A DNA stretch of 49,751 bases from Flavobacteriaceae bacterium ASP10-09a (GCA_000981625.1 LAQA01000020.1:14604-64354); one strand, 5' to 3'; positions 9,287-19,590 are shown, numbered from the stretch's first letter. The notes: generated from the letters alone by a model not told the origin. Made by a program: numbers and translations.

Positions 9287-10306
9287 TTAATTATTTCTCT
9301 TTCTTTTTACTCGCTTTCTAGTCGTTTTTTTCTTTGTCCTTTTTGTAAAAATACTAAAAAGTCTATTAAAAAAGCTACTTTGTTTTTTATTATAACGCGA
9401 TATTGGCGTGTCTTTTGTATTGTTTAAAGAATCATCCTGTTTTTTAATGGAGTCTTGATGTCTGTTAATTCTATAAGATATTCCTAACCCAGCATAAAGA
9501 CCTTGAGATTTTCCTTCAAAAAGCAATCTCGCAGAAGTGTTTATTTGTAAATTTCTAGTAGCTAAATAAGCTAACCCAGTACCTAAATTTGTGTTGTTTT
9601 GATTTTTTTGGAATACAGTTTGATTTTCAAAAAATGCAGACCACTGACCACTAAAACTAATTGTACCAGTAATTACATAGGAGAATTCTGAAAACTCTGT
9701 ACCAATTTTATCATAGTAAAAATTTGTAATAATATTAAAATCAGCACTTAAATCATTTTGTAATAAGATTCCTATTTTGGGCGACATACTTCCTGTTTTA
9801 TAAATGTCATTTAAAAGATCTGTATTTAAACCTGCATAGACTGCTATAGAAGGAATTAATCTTTTTTTATCAAAAGCATTTCTTCTTTTCCAGCTTCTAA
9901 CTTCTTTGCTTTTATCTTCATATTCTTTTTGGAAAACTAAATATTTTGCACCAATAGTAAATTTGCTAAATCCTGTAGACAAATAATCAGAAATAAAAAT
10001 ATTTTTAAATGCAACTTTATCTCTTTGGTAACTAGCCTGAACATTTAGTTCTAACTTTTCTAGTAAAAAACTAGTTCTAAAAAGTATGTCAAAGCCAAAA
10101 GATTGTGGCACAGAAAAAGTGGGTTCTATAGAGGTGTTTCTTAAAAATAAATTACTTTCAAACTGGTAAATGCCCGTTCCAACACTGTAAGGACTTTCAG
10201 AGAAACCAGGTTTATTTGAGTTTATAACATCTGTATACTGACTATAAATAGATGAAAAACCAAGTAGAAGCAACAATAAAGAAAGTTTCAGTTTACGGTT
10301 TTTCAT
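9287..10306 (-). CDS. Outer-membrane beta-barrel 'transporter' (MetA-pathway-like family)
   Basis: Signal peptide; N-terminal INSNKPGFSESPYSVG; alternating aromatic strands; basic C-terminal tail. Confidence 0.6.
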   Translation of the reverse strand: MKNRKLKLSLLLLLLGFSSIYSQYTDVINSNKPGFSESPYSVGTGIYQFESNLFLRNTSIEPTFSVPQSFGFDILFRTSFLLEKLELNVQASYQRDKVAFKNIFISDYLSTGFSKFTIGAKYLVFQKEYEDKSKEVRSWKRRNAFDKKRLIPSIAVYAGLNTDLLNDIYKTGSMSPKIGILLQNDLSADFNIITNFYYDKIGTEFSEFSYVITGTISFSGQWSAFFENQTVFQKNQNNTNLGTGLAYLATRNLQINTSARLLFEGKSQGLYAGLGISYRINRHQDSIKKQDDSLNNTKDTPISRYNKKQSSFFNRLFSIFTKRTKKKTTRKRVKRKRNN

Positions 10307-10347
10307 TAGCTAAAAAACGATTTTAAGTTTAAAATTTATTTGTGAAA

Positions 10348-10355
10348 CAAACATA
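10348..10355 (-). promoter_or_regulatory. Bacteroidota -7 promoter element
   Basis: TATGTTTG on the minus strand (TAnnTTTG), about 40 nt upstream of the 10306 start. Confidence 0.5.
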
Positions 10356-10447
10356 GAACAAAATTGCTGTTTTTAAAAGCATTGAATACTTTTTTACCTT
10401 TGTTAAAATTTTATAGTTTGTTAACGCTAAAATTGTTGTCAAATTGT

Positions 10448-10455
10448 TACTTTTG
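10448..10455 (+). promoter_or_regulatory. Bacteroidota -7 promoter element
   Basis: TACTTTTG 18 nt before the TTG start at 10474; a second match TACCTTTG lies at 10395-10402. Confidence 0.5.
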
Positions 10456-10473
10456 ATAGATTTTTAAAAATTA

Positions 10474-10725
10474 TTGAAATTGAAAACATTATTTATTATT
10501 CTTCTAGTTTATTTTGGATTTAAGTATTTAGTTCGCCTAGTTGGTCCCTTTTTAGTAAAAAAAGCAGCAGAGACTATAAAGAAAAAGGCCGAGCAACAAT
10601 ATGGTAATCAGCAGCCTAAAAGTACAGTTAAGGAAGGCGAAACTACTATAGATAAAGCACCAGACAATAGCCAACAAGGCAAAAATTCTGTAGGAGAATA
10701 TGTTGATTTTGAAGAAATAGATTAA
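10474..10725 (+). CDS. DUF4834 family small membrane protein
   Basis: N-terminal TM helix; C-terminal GEYVDFEEID. Confidence 0.75.
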   Translation: MKLKTLFIILLVYFGFKYLVRLVGPFLVKKAAETIKKKAEQQYGNQQPKSTVKEGETTIDKAPDNSQQGKNSVGEYVDFEEID

Positions 10726-10803
10726 GCTACTAGAAGTGTTTAGTGTAAAAATATAGCCGCTTTTTTAATTGAATAGAACCCATTTTAATTTTAACTTCGT
10801 AAA

Positions 10804-13224
10804 GTGAACTTTAAAAAACTTATACCTTATAGCATTGCAATTGCAATATTTGTTTTAGCCTCTTTAACTTATTTTTATCCTGTTTTAAAAGGACAAAAAA
10901 TTGCGCAATCAGATATTACTCAGTTTCGAGGAATGGTTAAAGAAATTAATGATTTTAGAGCTGATAAAAATACAGAACCTTATTGGACGGGAGCTTCTTT
11001 TTCTGGAATGCCTGCTTATCAAATAAGTGCATATTATCCCAATGACTTTGTTAGAATATTAGACAAAGCAATTCGTTTTTTACCTAGACCTGCAGATTAT
11101 ACTTTTTTATATTTTTTAAGTTTTTTTGTATTGATGTTGGCTTTAAAAGTGAAATGGAGATTGGCTATTTTAGGTGCACTTTCCTTTGGATTTTCAACGT
11201 ATTTAATTATTATTTTTGTGCCTGGCCATAATTCAAAAGCACATGCGATTGGATATATGCCTCTAGTCTTAGCAGGTGTTTTATGGGTTTTTCAGAAAAA
11301 GTACGTACTTGGGTTTTTAGTTACAGGACTTGCAATGGCGCTAGAAATTTATACAAATCATATACAAATGACTTATTACTTAGGTTTTTGTTTATTGATT
11401 TTAGGAATTATAGAACTAATAAATGCCATTAAGGAAAAAACTTTTTTAATTTTCATAAAACAAGCAGCAGTCATTATTGCTGCAGTTGTTTTAGGAATAG
11501 GAGCAAATTCATCTAGGCTAATGGCGATGAAAGAATATTCAGATTTTAGTACAAGAGGAAAATCTGAATTAACAATTAATACGGATGGTAGCTATAAAGA
11601 AGCAACTAGCGGTTTAGATAAAAGTTATATTACACAATATAGCTACGCAAAATTAGAAACTTTCAATTTGTTTATTCCGCGTTTTATGGGTGGAGGAACT
11701 GTCGAAAAGTTAGATAAAAACTCTAATTTTCATCAATTAATAGAAGAAAGAGCAGGTAAAAAAGTTGCTGACGATTATTCTGAACAAGTCCTAACTTATT
11801 GGGGAGATCAGCCAATTGTAGAAGCGCCAGCATATATTGGTGCGGTTATTTTCTTTCTATTTTTCTTAGGAATGTTTTTGGTTAAAGGAAGATTAAAACA
11901 ATGGTTAGTTGCTGCAACAGTATTTTCAATTGTTTTAAGTTGGGGTAGAAATTTTGAAGTATTAACCAACTTCTTTATCGATTATATTCCTCTTTATAAT
12001 AAGTTTAGAGCAGTTTCTTCCATACAAGTTATTGCAGAATTATGTGTCCCTATTTTGGGGGTTTTAGGTTTAAAGGAATTCTTTTCATCGAATAGCACAC
12101 AAAAAAGTAAAAGAAAATCTTTAGAAAAAGCAGTATATGTTTTTGGAGGATTTATAGTTCTTGGTTTTTTATTGGCGCATTGTTTTTCAACCTTTGAAGG
12201 TTTAAGAGACCAGAATTATAAAGATTTACCTGGTTTAATTGATGCTGTTATTGCTGATAGAAAAGCAATGTTATTTTTTGATACTTTACGCTCTTTGGCT
12301 TTAGTTCTTTTATCTGCAGGTGTCTTATGGCTTTGTTTAAAGAACAAGCTAAAACAAAATTTTGCAATATTAGTTTTAACTCTTTTTGTTTTATTTGATT
12401 TGATATCTGTCAATAAAAAATATGTAGATGAATCTGATTTTAAGCCTTCTAGAAAAGTCGAAAAACCCTTTACAGCTTCAGATGCAGATAAATTAATTTT
12501 AAAAGATAAAACACATTTTAGAGTAGCAAATTTTACTGGAGATCCTATGCAAGACGGAAGTACCTCGTATTTCCATCAATCTATAGGAGGTTATCATGCA
12601 GCAAAAATGGGGCGTTATCAAGAGTTATTTGATTATCAAATCGCAAAAAATAATACAGAAGTGTTAAATATGTTAAACACTAAATATTTTATAGTAGCTG
12701 GTAAAAAAGATTATAAACTAGCACAACAAAATCCAGATGCAAATGGAAATGTTTGGTTTGTTGAAAATGTAAGACTTGTGAAATCTGCCAATGCTGAAAT
12801 GCAGATTTTAGATTCTTTAAACACAAAAAAGAGTGCTGTTTTAGATGATAGTAAGTTATTAGAAAACAACAATTTCAATTTTGAAAAAGATACAACAGCA
12901 ACTATAAAACTATTAAAATATGATGTCACCAAATTAATCTACCAATCAAAAAGTCAAAAAGAACAGTTTGCAGTTTTTTCTGAAATCTATTATAAAGATG
13001 GTTGGAACGCATATATTGACGGGAAATTAACAAACCATTTTAGGGTGAATTATGTTTTACGTGGAATGAAAATACCTGCTGGAGGTCACACAATAGAATA
13101 TAAATTCGAGCCAAAAGTGATACAACAAGGAGGTATGATATCTCTATTTTCGTATATTGTTTTAACCCTAGTTTCCGTGGGCTGGTTATTATATGATAAA
13201 AAAAAGAAGAAGAAGTTTAATTAA
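10804..13224 (+). CDS. YfhO family GT-C membrane glycosyltransferase
   Basis: Many TM helices; QSDI, PYWTGASFSGMPAY, IGGYHAAK, FSEIYYKDGWNAYIDG; GTG start. Confidence 0.85.
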   Translation: MNFKKLIPYSIAIAIFVLASLTYFYPVLKGQKIAQSDITQFRGMVKEINDFRADKNTEPYWTGASFSGMPAYQISAYYPNDFVRILDKAIRFLPRPADYTFLYFLSFFVLMLALKVKWRLAILGALSFGFSTYLIIIFVPGHNSKAHAIGYMPLVLAGVLWVFQKKYVLGFLVTGLAMALEIYTNHIQMTYYLGFCLLILGIIELINAIKEKTFLIFIKQAAVIIAAVVLGIGANSSRLMAMKEYSDFSTRGKSELTINTDGSYKEATSGLDKSYITQYSYAKLETFNLFIPRFMGGGTVEKLDKNSNFHQLIEERAGKKVADDYSEQVLTYWGDQPIVEAPAYIGAVIFFLFFLGMFLVKGRLKQWLVAATVFSIVLSWGRNFEVLTNFFIDYIPLYNKFRAVSSIQVIAELCVPILGVLGLKEFFSSNSTQKSKRKSLEKAVYVFGGFIVLGFLLAHCFSTFEGLRDQNYKDLPGLIDAVIADRKAMLFFDTLRSLALVLLSAGVLWLCLKNKLKQNFAILVLTLFVLFDLISVNKKYVDESDFKPSRKVEKPFTASDADKLILKDKTHFRVANFTGDPMQDGSTSYFHQSIGGYHAAKMGRYQELFDYQIAKNNTEVLNMLNTKYFIVAGKKDYKLAQQNPDANGNVWFVENVRLVKSANAEMQILDSLNTKKSAVLDDSKLLENNNFNFEKDTTATIKLLKYDVTKLIYQSKSQKEQFAVFSEIYYKDGWNAYIDGKLTNHFRVNYVLRGMKIPAGGHTIEYKFEPKVIQQGGMISLFSYIVLTLVSVGWLLYDKKKKKKFN

Positions 13225-14909
13225 TCACGGTTTAGACATTTTATAAAATCAGACGGCGTACTACCTTTATATTTTTTAAAGGCTCTGGTGAATGCAGAAG
13301 CATTTGTATACCCAACTTCCTCAGCAAGAGACTTAATTGTATAATTTCTATATTTACGTTCCTCAGTTAGTTTTATTATAAGATATTCTATTCTTAATTC
13401 TGTGATATATTGTTTAAAAGATTGATTAAATTCTTTGTTTATGATATATGACAAATAGGATGTATTTGTGTTCAATTTTTTGGAAAGTACGTTTATACTA
13501 AAGTCTGGATCTAAAAAGTCTTTAGATTTTTTAAGTTCATATATTCCCTTTAAAAGTTTTTTTTCTAAAGTTTCATCAATATTATATTCTTTTTTTTGTG
13601 GAAGTGGTTTTTCGTCAATTTCGATTCTAATATCGATTAAATCGTTCGCTATTTTTTTATTCCTTTTAAATAGTAAATAAACAATTAAAAAACCTAATAA
13701 AATGATAGTTAATGTGCTAGATATAAAAACGCTTCTATTCCCTTTTTCTTTTTTTAGAAGTAGGTTATTTAATTTTTGTGCGTTTTTATAATCATATAAG
13801 TAATGCGATTTGTTTACTTCATTTTTGTTTTTACTTAATATATTTAATTCATTAATTGTCAATTCAGAATATTTATAAGCACTATCAATTTGTTTGTTTT
13901 TAAAATATTGATTTGCTAAAATATCATATATTGAAATTAATCTTTTTTTTATTCGGGTTTTATTTGTGTAAGTTTTTAAAAATTGTCTACTATAATAAAG
14001 CGTAGAATCGTTGTTTTTAAGTTTGTAATAGCAAATAGTTTTTAATGAATTTATGTTTTGTGTAGTTTTAAATTGATCACTATTTGAGCTACTTTTTTGA
14101 ATAAGTATTAAAGCTTCTTTAAATTTATTTTTTGCAATTAAAACTTCAGCCTCTCTTAGTTGATATAAAGTTTTAGAGTTTTCATGTGGAAGGTTAAACG
14201 TTTTTGCAATGAGAAAAGCTCTCTTAAAATAAACTCCTGCAGAATCTAAATGACTACTATTACTGTTTTTGCTAGTTTCTAAATAAGATTCTCCAATTGT
14301 ATTTAACGTTGACGTTATATTTAGTTTTAAAAAGTAATCACTTTTATGTAAATCATTATAAATAGCTGGAAGTTTCGGAAGGATTTCCTTTAATATAGTT
14401 CTTGCTTCTTCATGAAGGCCTAAAACTGTTTTAATAATTGCTAAATTATTTTCCGCAGAAATAAGATTCGCTGTATAATAATTATCTTTTATTTCTAGAC
14501 TATTAATAATTTCTATTCTTTTTAATAAAACATCAAATGCTTCTTGAAATTGAGTTTGATTTTTATAAATCCAAAAAAGCCTATTTAAAGCAGTAATTTT
14601 TTTTCTTTTTAAACAATATTCATTTCTGTTTTTAAGATTCTCTAAAACAAATAAAGTTTTCTCTTTAGCTAAATTTATATTATTTTTTTGATAATAAGCT
14701 TTTGCTTCTAGATTTATTGCATGGTAAAAATTACATACGTTTTTAGAACCCTTTAATTTTTTGGCATAATAAATTAAACTATCGTTATTAGTGTCTGTAA
14801 AACTGGTGATTTTTTTTAGGTAGAAATTATCTTTCTCTAATTTTTGAGATGAAATAAGACCAGCATATAAAAAAAGGATAAGTAAAAAGAAAATTTTCTT
14901 TTTTATCAT
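13221..14909 (-). CDS. Membrane-anchored TPR-sensor AraC-family transcriptional regulator
   Basis: Signal peptide, helical TPR-like region, TM helix, C-terminal AraC HTH (NTSYLSYIIN..LAEEVGYTNASAFTRAFKK). Confidence 0.88.
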   Translation of the reverse strand: MIKKKIFFLLILFLYAGLISSQKLEKDNFYLKKITSFTDTNNDSLIYYAKKLKGSKNVCNFYHAINLEAKAYYQKNNINLAKEKTLFVLENLKNRNEYCLKRKKITALNRLFWIYKNQTQFQEAFDVLLKRIEIINSLEIKDNYYTANLISAENNLAIIKTVLGLHEEARTILKEILPKLPAIYNDLHKSDYFLKLNITSTLNTIGESYLETSKNSNSSHLDSAGVYFKRAFLIAKTFNLPHENSKTLYQLREAEVLIAKNKFKEALILIQKSSSNSDQFKTTQNINSLKTICYYKLKNNDSTLYYSRQFLKTYTNKTRIKKRLISIYDILANQYFKNKQIDSAYKYSELTINELNILSKNKNEVNKSHYLYDYKNAQKLNNLLLKKEKGNRSVFISSTLTIILLGFLIVYLLFKRNKKIANDLIDIRIEIDEKPLPQKKEYNIDETLEKKLLKGIYELKKSKDFLDPDFSINVLSKKLNTNTSYLSYIINKEFNQSFKQYITELRIEYLIIKLTEERKYRNYTIKSLAEEVGYTNASAFTRAFKKYKGSTPSDFIKCLNRD

Positions 14910-15108
14910 TTGTTAAATGTATTTCAAACTTAAGTACAAGTATAATAAAACTTTACAAATATTCCGTAAGAAATTAGAATCAAATTAGTAGATTTTTAAA
15001 TTCTTAGGTAAGTGTGCTTTTTATAAAAAGGGTAATACACTATTAGTTATTAAGGCTATTAAGTAATATATTTACAGTGTACTTAAGGTACGTTGCTATG
15101 AGAAAAAG

Positions 15109-15139
15109 AAAGAGATAATTTATTATCTCTTTTTTTTTT
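15109..15139 (+). terminator. Intrinsic terminator with no annotated upstream gene
   Basis: AAAGAGATAA-ttta-TTATCTCTTT stem followed by a T run to 15139. Confidence 0.65.
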
Positions 15140-15314
15140 GCTTATAATATTATAAATACCATCTAACTTCTTTCTGATTTTACTAAATTTACTTTTTATC
15201 AAAATTAGATTTTTTGCAAATAAATAAGCCACATAGAGCATTCAGAGAAACTCAATTACTATTGCAAAATGGTTCTAAAAGCTTGTCTTTTTTTCTAATA
15301 ATTAAAGTTAAAAG

Positions 15315-16505
15315 ATGAGAATTGGAATGATTTTAGACGCTCCTTTTCCTCCTGACCCAAGAGTGGAAAATGAAGCAGTTTCTTTAATAAAAGCAGGTCA
15401 CGAAGTTTTTCTTTTTTGTTTAAAATATACTGATGAAAAAGTTTCAGAAGTAATAAATGGAATTCAAATTAAAAGATACTATTCTAATCAATTAGAATAC
15501 AAACTTTCTGCGTTGGCATATACAGTTCCTATTTACACTTTTTTGATGTGTAACAAAATTCATCAATTTATAAAAGACACTAAAATTGAAGCTTTTCATA
15601 TTCATGATATTAGAATAGCCCAAGCGGTTATTAATGCTAATAAAAAATACAATTTACCTGTTGTTTTAGATTTGCACGATAATATGCCTGAAGTAATGAA
15701 GTTGTATCCACATCTTCAAAAGTTTCCAGGAAAGTATATTATTTCACCTAAAAGATGGAAACAAAAAGAAGAAGAATTTATTATAAAAGCTGATAAAGTA
15801 ATTTCAGTTTCGCCAGAATTTATAGATACTTTAATCGATAGATTACCTTCAGAAAAAGATAAATTTATTTTAGTACCAAACACGATAAGAAAATCTTTTT
15901 TTGAAGACTATAAAGTTGATGTAAATATCACAGAAAGATATAAAAACAAGTTTGTGATTCTATATTTAGGAGATACAAATATTAGAAGAGGCTTACAAAC
16001 TGCCATAAGTTCTGTCGCAACGTTACAGCAAAAAATTCCAAACTTAAAATTAGTTATTGTTGGGAAAAACACAACTGATACAATTTTAAAACAACAAGTT
16101 GAAGAATTAAAAATTAGTAAATTTGTAGATTTTGAAGGTTGGCAGAATGTTACTTTATTCCAGTCTTACATACTCGCTAGTGCTATTTGTATTTCTCCTC
16201 TACACAGAAATCTACAACATGACGTAGCGTATGCAAACAAAATTTTTCAGTATATGAGTTTAGCAAAACCATTGTTAGTTAGTGATGCCATTGCTCAAAA
16301 ACGATTGGTTGAAAAAACTAATTCAGGTTTAGTACATAAAGAAAAAAATATAGAAGACTTTACAGATAAAGTTTTAAAACTATATTCAGATGAAACTTTA
16401 AGAACCCAGTTAGGTGAAAATGGAAAGCATTTTGTTAGAAATGAGTTTTCTTGGGAACAAACATCAAAAAAACTCTTACATTTATATAATAACCTTTTAA
16501 ATTGA
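15315..16505 (+). CDS. GT4 glycosyltransferase
   Basis: PPDPRVENEA N-terminus, GT-B fold, NKIFQYMSLAKP acceptor/donor motif, FSWE end. Confidence 0.88.
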   Translation: MRIGMILDAPFPPDPRVENEAVSLIKAGHEVFLFCLKYTDEKVSEVINGIQIKRYYSNQLEYKLSALAYTVPIYTFLMCNKIHQFIKDTKIEAFHIHDIRIAQAVINANKKYNLPVVLDLHDNMPEVMKLYPHLQKFPGKYIISPKRWKQKEEEFIIKADKVISVSPEFIDTLIDRLPSEKDKFILVPNTIRKSFFEDYKVDVNITERYKNKFVILYLGDTNIRRGLQTAISSVATLQQKIPNLKLVIVGKNTTDTILKQQVEELKISKFVDFEGWQNVTLFQSYILASAICISPLHRNLQHDVAYANKIFQYMSLAKPLLVSDAIAQKRLVEKTNSGLVHKEKNIEDFTDKVLKLYSDETLRTQLGENGKHFVRNEFSWEQTSKKLLHLYNNLLN

Positions 16506-17761
16506 AAGTATTAATAATTACATATTATTGGCCACCTGCTGGAGGCTCTGGTGTTCAACGTTGGTTGAAGTTTGTGAAATATTTGCAAAATTATGATATT
16601 GAACCAATAGTATACACAGTTGATAATGCAAGTTATCCAAAAGAGGATGTTTCTTTAATTAATGAGGTTCCAAAAAATATAAAAGTTTTAAAACAACCAA
16701 TTTGGGAACCAACAGATTTGTTTTTTTGGAAGAAAAAAAAGGAACAAAAAAGTGATGTTTCTAATTCCGTGAATAATGCTTTCTTATCATTTGTTAGAGG
16801 TAATTTTTTTATTCCCGACCCTAAAGTATTCTGGGTGAACTCTTCTGTTAAATATCTGCAAGCATACTTAAAGTCAAATAAAATTGATGTTATAATTTCT
16901 ACAGGACCGCCTCACAGCATGCATTTAATTGCTAAAAAATTATGTCAAAAAAACAATTTAAAATGGATTGCAGATTTTAGAGATCCTTGGACAGATTTGT
17001 ATTATAACAAAGAGTTTAAGCAATTATCATTTGCTAAAAATAAAAATATAAAACTTGAAACCACCGTTTTAAAAAATGCTGATTGTGTTTTAACCGTTAG
17101 TAATTCTTTAAAAAAGGAGTTTGCGAAACAAGCAAAAAGAGTCGAAGCAATTACCAATGGTTTTGATGATGAAGTTTTAACTAATAATCGGATAAACTTA
17201 GATTCTAAATTTTCTATTTCTTATATAGGTTTGTTACCAATACAAAGTAATCCTAAATTGTTGTTTACCGTTTTAAATGAACTAAGCATCGAAAACCCTG
17301 ATTTTAAGAAAGATCTAAAAATTAATTTTATTGGTGATATTTCTGATGTTATAAAAGTGGATATTGAAACGAATAATTTATTAGAAAATACTGAGTTTAT
17401 TGGTTATGTTTCTCATCAAAAGGCAATTGAACATCAAAAGAAAGCACAAGTTTTGTTGTTATTGATTCCTAATGTAGAAAAATCTGAAGGAATTCTAACA
17501 GGTAAATTATTTGAATATTTAACGGCTAAAAGGCCTATTTTAGCAATTGGTCCTGAAAACGGAGACTTATCAGAAATACTAAAAAGCACAAATGCTGGAG
17601 TTGTTGTCGGTTTTAACAATAAAGAAAAATTAACAGTAGAAATTCGTAAATTATATCAACAATATAAAAAAGGAAGTTTAAAAGTGAATTCTCTAAATAT
17701 TGAACAATTCCATAGAAAAGAATTGACTAGAAATTTATCAGAAATCATAAAAAGTATATAA
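16502..17761 (+). CDS. GT4 glycosyltransferase
   Basis: YYWPPAGGSGVQR, STGPPHS, ADFRDPW, GKLFEYL; TTG start overlapping the upstream stop. Confidence 0.88.
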   Translation: MKVLIITYYWPPAGGSGVQRWLKFVKYLQNYDIEPIVYTVDNASYPKEDVSLINEVPKNIKVLKQPIWEPTDLFFWKKKKEQKSDVSNSVNNAFLSFVRGNFFIPDPKVFWVNSSVKYLQAYLKSNKIDVIISTGPPHSMHLIAKKLCQKNNLKWIADFRDPWTDLYYNKEFKQLSFAKNKNIKLETTVLKNADCVLTVSNSLKKEFAKQAKRVEAITNGFDDEVLTNNRINLDSKFSISYIGLLPIQSNPKLLFTVLNELSIENPDFKKDLKINFIGDISDVIKVDIETNNLLENTEFIGYVSHQKAIEHQKKAQVLLLLIPNVEKSEGILTGKLFEYLTAKRPILAIGPENGDLSEILKSTNAGVVVGFNNKEKLTVEIRKLYQQYKKGSLKVNSLNIEQFHRKELTRNLSEIIKSI

Positions 17762-17766
17762 AAAAA

Positions 17767-19260
17767 ATGGGAATCGTATTAAAACAATCTTTTAAAAACA
17801 CGATAATTATCTATTTGGCTTTTTTAATTGGAGGTATAAATACAATTGTTTTTTATCCAAGAATTTTAGAATCCGAATTTTATGGTTTGGTTACTTTCTT
17901 GCTTTCTTCATCAAATATAATTATGCCAATTACTGCCTTTGGTGTTCAATATACGATTGTTAAGTTTTTTTCATCTTACCAAACGAAAGAACAGAAAGAT
18001 AAATTCTTATCATCCGTAATATTCTTGCCAATTTTAATTGCTTTGCCTCTTGGTTTTCTTTGGGATTATATGCATGAGTGGATAATGAGTAGCGTTACAC
18101 TAGAAAATAGAAATATAGGAAGTTATACGTTTTCGATTTATATAATTGCAGTCTGTTGTGCTTATTTTGAGCTTTTTTACTCTTGGACTAAAGTACAATT
18201 ACAAACTGTTTTTGGAAATCTTTTAAAAGAACTATGGAATAGAGTTGTTGTAATGGTTTTGCTATTATCAGTCTTTTTAGAGTTGATTACAAAAGTAGAA
18301 TTTATTTACTACTTGACGGGTGCTTACGTTTTAAGAACCCTTGTTATGATGTGTTATGCATTTTATATTTATTTACCAAAATTCTATTTTAAACTTCCAG
18401 ACAATTTTTCTGAAATTATTAAATATTCCGCGTACATAATTTTAGCGGGAAGTGCAGGAGCTCTTTTATTAGATATTGATAAAATTATGATTCCTGGTAA
18501 AGAAACCATAGAAAAGGCAGCCTTCTATGCAGTTGCTGTTTTTATAGGTTCTTTTATTGAAGCTCCAAGTAGAGCAATGACTCAGATTTTGCAGCCATTA
18601 ACATCAAAATCTTTAAATGATTCTGATACTAAAGAAGTAGAAAATTTATATAAAAAAAGCTCTATTAATTTATTTTTAATCGGAGGATTATTTTTTTTAC
18701 TGGTTAATTGTGGTGTTCATGAATTATTTAAATTGATGCCCGAAAAAGGATATGCAGGTGGTGAGTTGGTTGTTTTAATGATATCATTAGCAAAGTTGTA
18801 TACTATGTTTTTAGGTAATAATGGTGCTATAATTGGCAATTCTAAATTTTACAGAATTACACTGCCAATTGGAGTTGGTATGGCTTTGACTGTTTACTTT
18901 TTAAATAAACTTTTTTACTTTCAATTAGATTTTGGTACAAATGGTTTAGCCATGGCAACTTTAATAACGATTCTAGTTTTTAATTCAGTAAAATTATTTT
19001 TTGTGAAAAGTAAATTTTCTATCACTCCTTTTACAGATAAATCTTGGAAGATGTTTTTTATTATTTTAGTTTTACTACTATTATTTTACTTTTGGAACTT
19101 TTCCTTACCAAGTATAGAATTTTACAATAGTGATATTTCACCAATATTTAACATCGCTATAAAAAGTATTTTAATTACGTTTTTGTATTTATTTATAGTA
19201 ATCAAACTTTCAATTTCTGAGCAAATTAATGGGCTAGTTAAAAGGTATATAAAACTATAG
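17767..19260 (+). CDS. Wzx/MOP-family oligosaccharide flippase
   Basis: MGIVLKQSFKNT start; about 12-14 TM helices; follows two GT4 genes. Confidence 0.85.
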   Translation: MGIVLKQSFKNTIIIYLAFLIGGINTIVFYPRILESEFYGLVTFLLSSSNIIMPITAFGVQYTIVKFFSSYQTKEQKDKFLSSVIFLPILIALPLGFLWDYMHEWIMSSVTLENRNIGSYTFSIYIIAVCCAYFELFYSWTKVQLQTVFGNLLKELWNRVVVMVLLLSVFLELITKVEFIYYLTGAYVLRTLVMMCYAFYIYLPKFYFKLPDNFSEIIKYSAYIILAGSAGALLLDIDKIMIPGKETIEKAAFYAVAVFIGSFIEAPSRAMTQILQPLTSKSLNDSDTKEVENLYKKSSINLFLIGGLFFLLVNCGVHELFKLMPEKGYAGGELVVLMISLAKLYTMFLGNNGAIIGNSKFYRITLPIGVGMALTVYFLNKLFYFQLDFGTNGLAMATLITILVFNSVKLFFVKSKFSITPFTDKSWKMFFIILVLLLLFYFWNFSLPSIEFYNSDISPIFNIAIKSILITFLYLFIVIKLSISEQINGLVKRYIKL

Positions 19261-19560
19261 GTAACAATCTACAAAATCAGTTAGCATATGAAATAGTAAT
19301 GCGATTGCTATAACTTTTGTTTTCTTAAATAATAGACCTAAAAAATAAACTCCACAAGCTATATAAGAATGTAATGGATGAAAATTAATACTGCATCTAT
19401 TTTCTTTAAAAATAGGATTTGCTAACAAGTGATCTAGATCTACTAACATAGAAAACAAGAAAACTAGATAAACAGTTTTCCAGTTTTTATTGAAAAACCA
19501 ATAGGCTATTAAAAGTGGAATTAAAAAGTGAAGTGAATAGTGTATTATGAATTTTGTCAT
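19255..19560 (-). CDS. DUF6122-like small membrane protein (metal-dependent hydrolase-like His/Asp motifs)
   Basis: HYSLH, VDLDHL, RCSINFHPLH, HMLTD. Confidence 0.7.
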   Translation of the reverse strand: MTKFIIHYSLHFLIPLLIAYWFFNKNWKTVYLVFLFSMLVDLDHLLANPIFKENRCSINFHPLHSYIACGVYFLGLLFKKTKVIAIALLFHMLTDFVDCYL

Positions 19561-19562
19561 AT

Positions 19563-19590
19563 AAAAAGGTTTATTATTAGAATAAACCTT
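19563..19590 (-). terminator. Intrinsic terminator-like hairpin
   Basis: 10-bp stem AAGGTTTATT/AATAAACCTT (19566-19590), 5-nt loop, short U tail on the minus strand. Confidence 0.6.

Noticed and set aside
16720-16742. T7 and A8 homopolymers in the second GT4 gene as a phase-variation tract
   Set aside because: Runs of this length are frequent throughout this AT-rich window and the frame is intact.
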